From Flaccisagitta enflata (lineage: Eukaryota), in assembly GCA_965153355.1 (NCBI GenBank), contig OZ231126.1, forward strand, positions 6,014,001 through 6,078,000: a stretch of DNA of 64,000 nucleotides. The letters are read 5' to 3'. Position numbers and translations under genes: made by a program. Shown one piece after another: positions 49,106-62,351 of this stretch (position 1 is the stretch's first letter; every line of letters starts with the position of its first letter). Under the pieces are notes generated by a model that saw nothing but the letters and a program-made list of their open reading frames with translations, made no database searches and was not told where the DNA came from.

Positions 49106-50870
49106 ATGAAAGAAAGAAAAGAAAGAACGATCCCGATCTGCGACGTGTCAGTAAGGAACATCGATAAGATTTGTTAGGTGATTCACTCCTAACCAAACTT
49201 TCCACTCGCACCTTAAAAAATGAAATCTTTAAAAATAGGCGTTGTCACGCAGACATAGTAAAAGATGAAACAATAGAATGATGAAAAATTCTGAGGAATG
49301 GGTGAGAGATGAACCGGGGTGCCAATTCTGTATGGCTGTCGCGTAGCAAGGATTTGCCAACGAAGGCTGCCGCACTTTCTTTACATCTAAAATCCTTCTG
49401 CTTTCTTACTAAATTAGCCCTCTGACGCTTAATTGATAATCATGTTACTCACCTACTATTGTAAAAACAGGTTTAACTTCACATTATTAAGGTTATCACT
49501 ACATTTTGCTCTTTATTCTAGAATACTTCTAGACTCCTCTCTACTTCTAGACTTCTCTCTTCCTTTCCTTCATCCTCATCTTTTAATTTTGATCAGTTTT
49601 CCCCACCAAGTGCCACACCTGCCGCACCTGGCGACTTGCCTGCCGCGTAGCATTGCTACCCTGCTACCCTGAATCGGCACCCCGGGAGATGACCACGTTG
49701 AATCCCAAGATTACCGGCTACGTGCAGCGGTGTATCGTTGTCTTCATCCACTTGAAAATAGTCCACTTCCTTCTCGATTGGTTTCTCAGATTCGGCAGTG
49801 GCTGTATTGATCAATGACCTAGTAGTTGAGTCACACAATCCCGAGTCCAACCGTTCATCTTTGTAAATATCACAAGAGTCCGACTTCGCGTCAATCCCAA
49901 AATTCTGGGCGAAGCGACTAAAATCGTCTGGCATCATAGAATCGCATCTCTCTTCGAAAAAATCGTCATCTTCTTCGTCGTCGAATTCTCTCCGAATAAC
50001 CACATCTGCCGTCGTCGAGAGTTCGTGAGACGGCGTTGGTATTGTAGTAAGCTGTATTCGTGATTCAAGTTCCTCAATTCCGATAGCTGCATTGTCACTA
50101 TTGTCAATGTCCTCGCAAGCGGTTTTCAGTGAATGTAAGGATGTGACTTGAAGAGAAGAAGGGACAGAAGAAGAAGAAGAGGAAGAGGACGAGAAAGAAG
50201 AGTGGCGGGTATGCGGCGGAGGGGGTGGCATCTGGGTTGTGATTGAGTTCTGCGACATCGTCGATGATGGAGAGATTGTCACTTTGTAAGCCGCTTTATT
50301 GTTAGACTGTTGATGCCGGCGCGATGATAATTGTTAAGCCGCTTTATTGTTAGATTGTTGATGCCGGCGCGATGATGACTGTTCATGTTGTTGTTGTTTA
50401 GGTAACGATGAGTCTTCTTGTGACCAAGATTCCACCGCAACTCGGTTGTCGAGAGCGTAAGCGCATCTGAACTCGCCGCCTTTGGAGGTCGACGACGACC
50501 CGCTAAAGACGCCTCTCGTCGTCGATGACCCACTGGACATGCCTCTGGTTGTCGACGAAGCGTTGGAGGTGAAGGAACACGCCTTTGACGAGAAATAGCC
50601 TTCGTCCGCGGCGCCGGAAGAGGGACGGATGGAAGTGGTAGAGACGGTCGAGGATGCGGTGGAGGAAAAGTCCGTCATCCGCTTGGCAACGAAAGGATCG
50701 TCATTTGGATGTTGTTGTCGTTGAAGGCGTTGTTGTGGATGCGAGAAAGCGCACGAGGATGATGTGCGAGGCGGAGCGTCTTTGGCTACGAGCCGGGAGC
50801 TCAATGACTTCGTCGACGCCGTCGTTGTCCTCGTCGTCGTCGTCGTCGTCCGCGGGGGATCTGACGACAT
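46180..50870 (-). CDS. cact: NF-kappaB inhibitor Cactus/IkB (ankyrin repeats, DSGxxS-type degron, C-terminal PEST)
   Basis: Exons (50870 or 50258)-49715, 48505-48292, 47894-47742, 47110-46978, 46437-46180. RLDSGLCDS degron; DEDNDTPLHVAVI, RGDTALHIAA, LPQNLEVTNYDGLTCFHLAA, KSGRTALHFAVE ankyrins; acidic tail. An in-frame TAA at 50336-50334 makes the start ambiguous. Confidence 0.92.
49314..49685. mobile_element. hAT-like MITE in IkB intron 1
   Basis: TIR CCGGGGTGCC(A/G)ATTC, near-perfect 8-bp TSD GAGATGAA/GAGATGAC. Confidence 0.65.
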
Positions 50871-51136
50871 CTTTTCCTCGAATTGAGTCTTTATTAATAT
50901 TTCCTTTTCTGTATTTTTATTTCCTTCTTTTACACCCGATGGGCAAAGTAAAAGAATGAAATCGTCGTTGAGATATAAATCTATGTAAAATCCGTTCAGT
51001 GAGAGTCAGTATTGCCTATTGGAATAAACGTCGAAGAAGGTGCGTAGTTGGTAGTCGTTTACGAAGGGTAAGAAGCGAAGAGGATTGAATGAAATCTGCT
51101 GACGACGGAGAATGTAGAAAAGGGATTATTAAAGTC

Positions 51137-51422
51137 GGGATACCCAATGGGAATTTTACGTCAGACTTTCTTAGTCCCCCATACAAAATTGGGAAATTTT
51201 TTTTCAGATTCATTTTTGTCGACCCGATTTTGGGAATTTTATGGATCTATTGTTTCTCTAATTATAAATGCCAAACCGGAATTTTTTTCATTTTTTCCCT
51301 CTAATTGCCTATTATTCATGTCTGCGGGATGCGAATGCGACTAGTTACCTCCCTACTCTCATGACGGGAATACCAATCCTCTATATAGTCGATATACTTC
51401 CATTAATTGCAACGGGAATACC
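51137..51422 (-). promoter_or_regulatory. Putative proximal IkB promoter with kappaB-like motifs and a TATA-like box
   Basis: GGGATACCC 51137, GGGAATTTT 51149 and 51232, GGGAAATTT 51191, GGGAATACC 51366 and 51414; TATATAG near 51385. Confidence 0.5.
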
Positions 51423-51474
51423 AACTTATAAGCTTCCTCCTGTGCTTTCCGAGTCGCGGCGAAGTTATGTGCCG

Positions 51475-51572
<98 letters not shown>

Positions 51573-52316
51573 AAAAAAGAAAAAAAAACGAAAGAAAGAA
51601 AAAAGGAGAGAAAGAAAGAAAGAAAGAGAGAACCAGAGAAAGAAATTAACAGAGCAAGAAAGAAACAGAGCAAGAAAGATGGAAAGAAAAAGAAAATAGT
51701 CGCAAAAGTGATGGTCAATGGTACCTGCTGTTATAGAGTGTTTTGGGTGTTAGGTGGTTAGAGCAGTGCCCCGAAGGGCCGATGACCTATGCTGTTTTTA
51801 TTTGAACCTCAAGGCTTTAATTAGAGCCTGGAGGCTATATTTGGGGCCCATTTGGGCCCTGAGCTTGATGAGCTTGAGGCTGGGATTTAAGCTTGAGGCT
51901 GGAATTTGAGCTTTGAGGCTAGGATTCGGGCTTGAGACTATGATTTGAGCCTTGGGGCTGGGATTTGAGCCTTGGGGCTGGGATTTGAGCCTCGAGTCTG
52001 GATTTGAGCTTTGAGGCTTTGGTTTGAGCCTTCAGGCTGGAAATTGAGCCCTCAGGCTGAGATTTGAGCCTCAAGGCTGGGATTCAAGCTTCAGGTAGGA
52101 TTTGAGCCTCGAGGCTAGGATTTAGGCCTCGAGACTAGGATTTGGGCCTCGAGACTAAGATTTGGGCCTCGAGGGGGGGGGGACGGAGAAGAAGAAGAAG
52201 AAGGAGAAGGAGAAGGAGAAATTTCCCCTATGTGAGAAAGCATAGGTCATCGGCCCCTTCGGGGCCGCTGCCCAAAAGGAAATAGAAAGAAAGAAAAAGA
52301 AAGAAAAAGAAAGAAA

Positions 52317-52375
<59 letters not shown>

Positions 52376-52567
52376 GAAAAAGATAGAGTAGCAGAGAGAA
52401 AAATATCTGGGACAACCAAACAATCGAATGTGATGGACAGGGGCAGTAAACGTTAGATAAAACTTTGTTACCAACGGGCCGGAGAAAATTTTTAGGAATG
52501 AAGTGTTAGAGACGGACGGACAAACAGACTTAAGGAGTTAATATCGCAGAAAAACCCAAATCGGACT

Positions 52568-53087
52568 GGGTTTTCCCCCCGAGATTCTTTGACTAAAAGA
52601 ATTTTCTTTCGTAGATAAAACTCTTATCGTCGATTTTTGCTTTAATGAGAATTGAACTCTAACCTGTATAAAATCGCGCGTATGCGTATGAAAATCGACA
52701 ACTGTACATTGCGAAATATCTACTTCGTGGCGAGAATTGGTAAGTCTTTAGCAATTACGTCCGTCAGTCACTTGGTGATTTTGCACCAATGCCTCTATAT
52801 AGAGGCCCTATCAATCGGAAAGATTGGTTTTCCCCGTGACTTTTCTTGCCTATCCGCCCGCAACATGCGACATTTTGATTATCTGTACTTTTTTACCCCC
52901 ATTTTGGGACTTCAAAGATCAAAGAGGTTCCCCTTTCGTCAGCCGATAGAGGAGGTAGCGACTTCTGTTTTATACACTTTATAAGTTATTGTTCCTTATT
53001 CAATATCGGAACCACGGTTGTATAACCATTAACGGTCACGCAATGCACTAAAACTTACGTTCCTCGTTGGCAATTTTGGATTTCCCC
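52568..53087 (-). promoter_or_regulatory. Distal kappaB-site cluster upstream of IkB
   Basis: GGGTTTTCCC 52568-52577, GGTTTTCCCC 52826-52835, GGATTTCCCC 53078-53087. Confidence 0.5.
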
Positions 53088-53323
53088 AAAATATTAACTT
53101 TGCGTCAAGTTACTCGATCCTTCTCGATGATTGGCTGGGCGGCGGAGAAAGAGGAGGAAGAAGAGAAAGAGGAGGAAGAGACAGAGGAGGAAGAGAAAGA
53201 GGAGGAAGAGAAAGAGGAGGAAGAGACAGAGGAGGAAGAGACAGGGGAGGAAGAGAAAGAGGATGAAGGGAAACAGAGAAGGAGGAAGAGGAGGAAAGGA
53301 ATAAGAAATAAGATAATCTCATG

Positions 53324-53657
53324 CATGGGTGTACGGGGAGGGACGTCAGGGACGTCGGCCGACGTCCCTGTTTGTCGGACTTACACCCCTGTCGGACTTA
53401 AACCCATGTAGAAAAAGAAGGTAAAAAATTGGGAAAGATGAATGAAAAAGAAAACGGGAGAACAAAATGCATGATCAGGGGAAGAATGAGAGAATATGTG
53501 TGTTTTTCTTACAAACTAGGCTGTCATTTCTTGCATGAGAGTGTAACTTAAGATCTAAAAAGAATAGATAGGTAGTATAGCATGCTGGACTTGACGTTCA
53601 GTCGGACTTGAAACTGGTTGCCGACGGCCCTTTGAGTTCCCGCGCCATACACTTATG
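53324..53657. mobile_element. hAT-like MITE, 334 bp
   Basis: Imperfect 13-bp TIR CATGGGTGTACGG / CCATACACTTATG; 8-bp TSD ATCTCATG. Confidence 0.75.
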
Positions 53658-54912
53658 ATCTCATGTATGAGAGGTTGATGACTTATAATGCAAGAACGAA
53701 ATTAATCTCATTAGTACCACCGTAAACTTTATATGTAAATCAAAATTAAGTGGATCCTTAAGTTTTAACGCCGCATTGGGATATGTAAAGGTCGTAGAAT
53801 TACAGCCTTGTTCTTTCCAGGATGCAGAATTTCAGGTAGCATTTCTGCCTGAACGTGGACTGCATCGAGATCGCGAGAACGTTTCATTCCACCAAGTGTT
53901 TTTTCTTGAGTAATTTTGAAGAGCAAGTTTCTCTCTTTCAGACGCGATTCGGCAATTCGGGAAAACCTGAAATGTACAAATTTCATTGAAATTTATGATC
54001 CACGACCATACCAATGTATTACAAACAATTTGAAATATTGCAATTTGCAGGACTGTACCAGTACCAGTACCCCAACCCACACCCGCTGTAAAAAAAAAAA
54101 AATACTCGAAAATGAATGATGATCAAAGCGGTTATCACAGACACAGGTGAAAGGAATGCTATGAGTGGAAAATGCTGATAGTCGGTGGAAAGCAGTGATC
54201 GTGATGGAAAGTGATGATGATGATGGGCTTTTGATGGCAGTGAAAATGATGATTTCTGTAGAGACAATGATCGTGAAAGCAAATGATAATATCAGCGGAA
54301 AAGTGTTCATCAATGAAGACACTGATAAGACAGGGCAACCGTTGATGGTTGATTGCGAGGAATGGTGGGCCAACTATAAAAATTTCATCTACATTATCAA
54401 ATATTATTATAGTTTAATAAACAATCCAAAGAACTAAGTTTTTTTTTCTTGCATAGATATCCAGAGGAACAAGACTTAATTTAATCTAAAATCATATTCA
54501 TCACTTTGAATTGGTATAAAATCAATATAATTACCAGCTTTAAATGTAGTTCATTTAGTTGGCCCACCGTTTCCTGAAATCAGCCATATGGTCATGGGGA
54601 ATATTGGAGCGATTGCGACATAAAAAACTTGCATACAGCACCTCACATGCCAAGGCACATGTAAAGTTAAAGAATCAAGATCAAATTATCAAAGAAAGTT
54701 TGTGCAGTAGGATAAAATATCACTTTGGACAAAAAAAAGTTAACAATTCAAATCAGTAAAACAAAATGTCCAGCAATTACTTGGCTAAAACGATTTGTAC
54801 GGAAATACTAGACAGTATGAAATTTTTGCAAATTTATGAATCACTAACGATGATTGGTAATTCCGTTTTACCACCAAAATGGCGGCAATTCGCCTATAAT
54901 TTGATTACGGTA

Positions 54913-55313
54913 CAGTAGATCTCGTCAAGACTTGAGATAACGGGAGCAAGCATAATGTGTTAAATTAAACTTTTCGATAATATGTATTGTAAGTAAATCG
55001 CTTGTTTAGCTGTTGCTAAGGAGCATAACACCAAGTAACCACTAAATGATATTCGCTTATAACGGCTAAGCAGGTGTTATTCTTATAAAATATATTTTAG
55101 GAAATTTGTTTCAATTTGAATTATGAACAATGTTTTTATTTATTTTCTTTCACAATATTTTAGTGGGAATAGATGAAAACAAGTTTTTATGGCAACTGAC
55201 CATCATAAGGAATAGATCATCTTCATAATAATTAATACCTAAAACTATTCTTTATCTTAATTTGTATTCCCATTATGCTTACCCGTTATCTTATGTCGAG
55301 ACGAGATCTACTG
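54913..55313. mobile_element. Tc1/mariner (pogo/Tigger-like) MITE
   Basis: TA TSD; TIR CAGTAGATCTCGTC..GAC.T.AGATAACGGG; a related single end at ~45990-46025. Confidence 0.82.
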
Positions 55314-55503
55314 TAGCTACATTTAAAACTGGTAAACCAGGTACGTCATGAACAAGTTAATTAAAAGCGACATGAAAACAATACTAGTGGTCGAAATAAA
55401 CACTTTTTTTACCTCAATTTTGAGCGACAAATGGCAGTTGCCTTAAAAAAAAGGCACAGGAATACCAATAGAGGAACATGAAAAAGATTTTAACGGCTAC
55501 TAA

Positions 55504-55591
<88 letters not shown>

Positions 55592-57183
55592 ACTTCTTCC
55601 ATTTTGTTTCTCAACAGAGAGGAACTTATTGAGCAAGCCAGTGTAGCAATTTAAAGATAAACTAATAAGGTTCAACCAACCAAAACTAAACAACACCTCT
55701 CACAAAATCATGCCACCTGGTATCAGAAGTTCAGAACCAGCCTCAGATTAATGAGATTTTGTTTTAAAGTTCAGCAAACCAGGTTAATACGAAATTTGAA
55801 ACATGATTTTGCAACCGATATCCAAACCGAATTACCCCACGGTTTTAGCTTCTATAATAGTACCATGCCAATTTAATTGGTAATAATGTGAAATCAACTG
55901 GTAAAACCATCCTTGTGGTTAACTTCTTTTAATATTTTACTTTTGCTTGTGTTACTGACCATCTCTTCGCCACGGACCTACATTAGCATACTGGTCATTC
56001 AAGATACTGGGAACGGGATTTTTTGGCATAAATCATTGGCAAATTACAAGTCATGTTCAATGTATGTTGTTTTGGGTTTTCCATGAAAAAATATTTTGTC
56101 AAAATCTTCTCTCTAAATCTTGCATCATGCCTTCATATCAAATTTCTGCCCATAATTTTTTTCAATCTATTTCGATCAATATTCCAGCTTGCTTTATTTT
56201 GTGAGAGGAATTGATGCAGTTATGTTTTGTACGTTTCCTAGTGCGATCAGGTTTCAACCATGACAATTTTTGCTGTGGTTTATGTCATTCATGAAATCTT
56301 AACTTTTTACAATTAGTATTAGACTAGAGCTTAGTGCAAGATTTGATGCCTCGTTTTGGACTCGGGGTTGATTTTATCTGAATTATGAAAAATAGTGAGA
56401 ATGCCCGAAACGTAAAAACAGCGGAAAAAATTTCGAAGACGATACTGATCTTTTGTTTTTATCAGGTTTTCCCGTTTGGGCGAAGCTTTAATTCGAGTAG
56501 ATTCGGGTTGAAATGTATTACACAGCTCTCATCTTGCTCTAACGCTAGCTCTGAACCTAACCCTAGCCCTAAAACCACCCCAACCCCAACCTTAACCCTA
56601 ACCCTACCCCTAACCCTAAATAAAAACCCGCTTAGAGAGTCAGTAAAACAAAAGACATCACCGAATTCGAAAACAGTACCAAAACAGCGGCCCTCAATAT
56701 CGAAACCTAAATTACAACGAGAATATCAGCGCAGCATCGACGGATTGGAATAAGAACAACGCAAGTTCACCATTTTATACATAGTTCGTTGTTTATGATA
56801 ATTGCTGAGTTTCAAGAGAGGTAATACTGACGGCACGCGATGTATTTACAGTCTTTCACTTCGCCACTGATGCCACTCCATGCTGGGGACATGCACAGAG
56901 GCGATCGCTATGTCAACTGCATGAATGACCCATTGCCCCAATATGCCCCAATATGTGTACATCTGAGCTCGATAGTCGATACTCGGCATATGTAGTACTT
57001 CGAACTATTTTGCTTACTTGATGGAGTGGCCCAATGCCCAAATCTACAGGCTCTATGCTCTGTATACTTCATATATACAGTTTTTTCTCGTAACTCTTCA
57101 ATCCTTCCGTTTTGCAAATCAAACATATATGTTGCACATTTCATAAGCAAATGCCATCATCAAAATCGAGCGATGTGGCCACC

Positions 57184-60100
57184 TCATTCATAGCAGGCGT
57201 GGTCGTTGTTGCCGTTGTGATCGCACATGCAGTGATCATCCTGATCGTCATGGGTGTTGTCGTTGTCGTTGGTGGTGGTGGCAGTGGCTTTGTCGCTGGT
57301 AGTAGTGGTGGTGGTGGCAGTGGCCTCGCTGGTGGTGGTCGGAATCTGGCTTTTCAACCACTCCAAGTGGCGAGAGAGTGGTTGTCTTTGTTCCCAGAGA
57401 CGACGAATGAGTTCCTTGAGGATGACCGCCTCATCGGCCGAACAAAAAGAAGGGAAGACCTCGACTTCATCGAGCAAATCTAACGGAAGACCGGATAGAA
57501 GACGACGATGGATCTGATGTTGAAATGCGAATCAGGAAAAAAGGATGATGAGGGCGTGAGGATGTTTTGTAAATGGGATGCGCGCATGAGTGAGTTTATT
57601 TATCTTCTATTTTTAAACATTAGTCATGTTCCACCTACTAGCGGAACCAGGAACTATAAATATCTTTTAGTTGCGAACACGCGACTCAACAACTCACTCG
57701 GTCCGTCTGTCGGTAACGCTTAGTTTTTTTTTTGTCGTTTTACGCCATTGTAAGTCACCTTAAGTTATCTAAAGTTAATTTAAGTCTATTTACATTTTGT
57801 CTCTTAGTCTTTAGGTATTTTAGAGTTTAGTCAATTGGTCTGATGGTCTTAACAACCGCAAGCGACTGTAACATGTTGGCCTTGTTTTAATCATTGGCCA
57901 TTTTCCACCTACTGGCGGATCCAGGAGGCAGGAACTAAACGTTATTTCGCGGATATGCATGTCAGACTCGCCGAGGCAGAACACGGTTATCATGCGAAGC
58001 GCCGAGAAGGAAGTATCCCAAATTATGATTATAGATAATATCTGATGTCATCATTCTCTAAGTATAATTCCTCATAGCTTCCAGGGGAAGCCCACTTCAA
58101 ATCTACGAGTTATACAACTTCACGCAAATAGTCTTTACTCAATAGAGTTTGAGGAACATGGCCTTGTCAGTCGGTTTATTTCAAAATGGTCCGTCGGTTT
58201 CTCTCAGCTTTCTCGGCCTAGGAGTCGGTAATAGTCGCGGACTCGCTGCTCTACAAGAGGCTTTGTCCATCGGTCCCTAGGTCCGTCGATATTGAGTTCA
58301 AAAGTGTTTCATGATTTTAGATACTGCGCTTGTGTTCGTGCGTGCGAGGGAGTGTGGAAGTGGGTTGATATTAAGTTCAGCTTTGTCCAACGGTCCATCG
58401 GTCCGTCGATATTGAGTTCAAAAGTGTTTTATGATTTTAGATACTGCGCTTGTGTTCGTGCGTGCGAGGGGGTGTGGAAGTGGGTTGATATTGAGTTCAG
58501 CTTTGTCCATCGGTCCATTGGTCCGTCGATATTGAGTTCAAAAGTGTTTCATGATTTTAGATACTGCACTTGTGTTTGTGCGTGCAAGGGGGTGTTGAAG
58601 TGGGTTGAAATTGAGCTTGGCTTTGTCTATCGGTCCATCGGTCCATCGATATTGAGTTCAAAAGTGTTTCATAATTTTAGATACTGCGCTTGTGCTCGTG
58701 TGTGCAAGGGGGTGTGGAAGTGGGTTGTATGCCCCTACCCCCCCGTCCGCGACCATAGTGTAACCTCCGAGTTACTTGTTTAACAAATCATGTCTCCACC
58801 AATAGCATGACATGCTCAAGCACAGTGCCCCTGCTCATTCGCATAATACACCCAGTGAAGTGAACGAGTGACTTCAACTTCATGTTGCTTAGTCTGTAGG
58901 TCAGTCCATCTGAATTTTTGTTTGTTTTTTCTTGTTTTTTTTGTTTTTTTTTTTGTTTTTTGTTTTTTTTTTTTTTTTGAGGGGAAGAAACTTTTTTTCA
59001 GGGTTTGCGGGTAATGACCAAACTCAGCATCTGTACCACTGCGCGACATTTGCCCATGCCTAAAAACAAAGTAGTCCGCATATATCAGCTCCTAACATCA
59101 TTCCGCCTCTCATCTAATCCTTCCAATCGAAAGTTTTTTCTTCGTATAATAGATTTAAAGTGGAGGGAATTCCAACGGGATTTTCTTTCTCGTGCTTCGG
59201 ATCGGGACGACACGAGTTTTTATACTGTCTATAATAAGAAGGGAATCCCGCGATCCCGGGGCGGTATAATGGAAGAATGGGGCCTTCCAATTAGATCTAA
59301 TTCGCCAGCATGTACCGTCATTAATCTCATATTAATGTCAAAAGCAAAAATATTAATTCCTACTCTTCAGGCGGACCAAAGTTCCCATTCGAGGTTATAC
59401 AAAGAAAAAGAATTCTTGTAACGGATTGTTTAATCGATATGAGAAACGTTAAATCATGACAACCGTGTCAGCCTAAATTCAAATGGATCAGGTTTTCGTT
59501 TTTTTTTCTCCTTTTTTTAGTGTCGGGCACGGAACGAAACCACTTTTCAATCCGTCGGTCTGTCTGTCACATAGTCGTTTTCCGGGGTTTTCCACAACTG
59601 CCAACTAAATTGACCGTGTACATCATTCATCCATAACACATTTATCTATAAAATGAGTTAAGTGATGTGTTCATGGATCCCTTCGACCATTCAGCCATTC
59701 ACTCACCAAGTCAGTCATTCAATCCATCGATCACCCATTCAGTCATCCAATCCATCCATCACTTGGGCGCTTCACATGGCAAAAATTTGGAAATTCTTCT
59801 CGTCCCGCTTACCCAATAGAGGGACTGATTTTAAGGCCCTCATCGTTTTTTCTTTTCCGAAAATTGCCCAATTTCTGGTTTTTTTAGCAGCACTGTTTTA
59901 TATCCTAATTTGCATAACGCTGTGGGAGTTTCTGTCAGGCCTCAGTTAATTCATGACACTACGAACTTCTTCCTGTATCAGTTAGACCGCGCATCTGTGT
60001 AACAGAGAATGTCCAAAACATTTTTGTTCTTGTTTTGAGGATGATTTCTTTTATCAATAGGCGGTTTTCTGAATGATTTTTTTATCAATAGGCGGTTTTC

Positions 60101-61958
60101 TAAGGCAATTAGTCTCTTTAGCAGCGAAGTATCATGGGGAAATTTAAATCCCCATTGAACTCTGTTGAATACTTTAAGTGCTTAAAAAAACGAAAGATGG
60201 CCGAGTTTTGAGAAAAAGAAAACGGTCAACATCATGATTTTTCTCACTCCGTATTGGATTAGCGGGACGAAGGAATACACAGCAAACACGTTAAATAAAG
60301 CAACCAAAATCCATCATTCAGTCATTCATTTTATCAGTCCAACATCCAGTCTGTCTCTCAATCGCTCAGTCATTCAAACACCCAATCATTCAATCCATCA
60401 CCCAGTCAGTCATTCAATCCATCACCCAGTCAGTCATTCAATCCATCACCCAGTCAGTCATTCAATCCATCACCCAGTCAGTCATTCAATCCATCATCCA
60501 GTCAGTCATTCAATCCATCAACCAGTCAGTCATTCAATCCATCAACCAGTCAGTCATTCAATCCATCAACCAGTCAGTCATTCAATCCACCACCCAGTCA
60601 GTCATTCAATCCATCACCCAGTCAGTCATTCAATCCATCACCCAGTCAGTCATTCAATCCATCACCCAGTCAGTCATTCAATCCATCACCCAGTCAGTCA
60701 TTCAATCCATCACCCAGTCAGTCATTCAATCCATCACCCAGTCAGTCATTCAATCCATCACCCAGTTTTACGATCACCTAGTCGCTCAGACACCCAGTCA
60801 TCAACCATCCAGTCATACAATCACCCGTTCATTCAAGCACCCATCCATTTAATCATGAATCACCTGGTGGACCAATAATCACTCAAACATTCATTCATTC
60901 ATTCATTCATTTAATCATCCACCCACGCCCACTACGCATGTCAGAGTGCCAAAATTGGCCAAAACTGGCTTTCCCCCTGCCATCATCTTTTTCCTTTGCT
61001 TAAATGCTATCAAATGAGCCGTCGCACGACTTTCAAATCAATTGGGAACTATCGTTAGGGTGACCATGAAGTTTCAATAGGAATCTTTGAAAGAGGCAAA
61101 ATTTGTATTACAAGAATATTGATATTGATATTAATATTGATACAAACTTAAATCTCACCCTAACGATGGTTACTGATCGATTTGGAGGTCGCGTGATGGC
61201 TCGTTTGACAGAACTTCTGCAAAGGCAAATGATGATGGCGGGGGGAAAGCCAGTTTTGCCAGTTTTTGGCACCTTGACATGCGTAACGCCCACGGCGACG
61301 CCGTCTCTCATCTCTTCGCGTTACAAAGCTGAAACTTACCAGTTCGTTTTTTTCGCCGTAGAACAGTCGACGGCCGCAGGTAAGCAACTCGAAAAGAACG
61401 ACTCCAACCGCGTAAGCGTCGCTAAAATACGTTTGCGGTTGCGGAGCTGTGGAAGAAAGTGAATTAAGCTGAATCAAGAAGTTCAAATGAACAAATGTGC
61501 ACAAAGATGACGGAGAGATTCGTACAAGCTAGATTCGTACAAGCTTAGACTAGACCTTCTTACCAACAAATTATGGGGACTGTTAAAGAAAATGAGAAGG
61601 GGATAGTCAATCGAAAGAGTTGCTTTGTAGATAAGAGTTATCAACATATTCAAGCGGGGGGGGGGGGGGAAGAAGAGAAGGTATGCCTTCAGAACAAGAG
61701 GCAAGGGTGGAAGGAACTAAAGATCGTCTTACTCAATATGGGGCCCCTACAAAAGACGAAACAATGCAATTCAACCACGCGTACCATTTCGATTGAGGAT
61801 GTCTGGGCTCCAAAATGAGGCGACGCCGACTGGTTCTCTCTCCCGGGATCCGGTCCTTGGTTCGTCGGGACGCGCGAGACCGAAATCGACGACCCAAATT
61901 CGACCGGTTCTCAGGTCTAGTAGAAGATTCTTCGATTGTATATCGCGGAATATCACCT
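57184..61958 (-). CDS. Protein kinase (TKL/Raf-like), last three exons (subdomains VIb-XI); 5' exons lie beyond or were not found
   Basis: Phase-compatible exons ~61958-61785, 61446-61340, 57513-57184: VIFRDIQSKNLLL, VVDFGLAR, VGVASFWSPDIL, SDAYAVGVVLFELLTCGRRLF, LKELIRRLW. Confidence 0.82.
58260..58730. repeat. 120-bp tandem repeat x4 within a HINE-like element
   Basis: Four copies of GGTCCGTCGATATTGAGTTCAAAAGTGTTTCATG.. at 120-bp spacing. Confidence 0.92.
60386..60765. repeat. 24-bp minisatellite (TCATTCAATCCATCACCCAGTCAG), about 16 copies
   Basis: Direct inspection. Confidence 0.95.
60936..61282. mobile_element. MITE-like inverted repeat (~125-bp arms) in the kinase intron
   Basis: AAAACTGGCTTTCCCCC.GCCATCATC..ATCGTTAGGGTGA versus TCACCCTAACGAT..GATGATGGCGGGGGGAAAGCCAGTTTT. 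Confidence 0.65.
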
Positions 61959-61981
61959 CTATATGAAACCACAACAACACA

Positions 61982-62075
<94 letters not shown>

Positions 62076-62351
62076 AGGAGACAGAGAGAGGGAAACGGAC
62101 AGAGACAGAGATAGGGAGACAGACAGACAGATGGACACAAACAGACAGACTGAAAAAGAGAGACAGAGAGAAATAGAGAAAGAAAAAGAGAGAAGAAGAG
62201 AGACAGAGAAACAGAGACAGAGAGAGAGACAGAGAAACAGAGAGAGAGAGACAGAGAGAGAGAGACAGAGAGAGAGACAGAGAGAGAGACAGAGAGAGAG
62301 ACAGAGAGACAGAGAAAGAAAAAATCTCGAAAGAGTATGGGTCCGCGACAT

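Noticed and set aside
58260-58783. CRISPR-like periodicity and a Cys-containing repeat ORF
   Set aside because: Whole 120-bp units repeat with no unique spacers; eukaryotic intron, no cas genes.
58790-58900. Short minus-strand ORF as an extra kinase exon
   Set aside because: Flanking exons already join in phase and it has no kinase motif.
60234-60878. His-rich 214-aa ORF (HSIHHPVS)n
   Set aside because: 24-bp intronic minisatellite; open because the unit is a multiple of 3.
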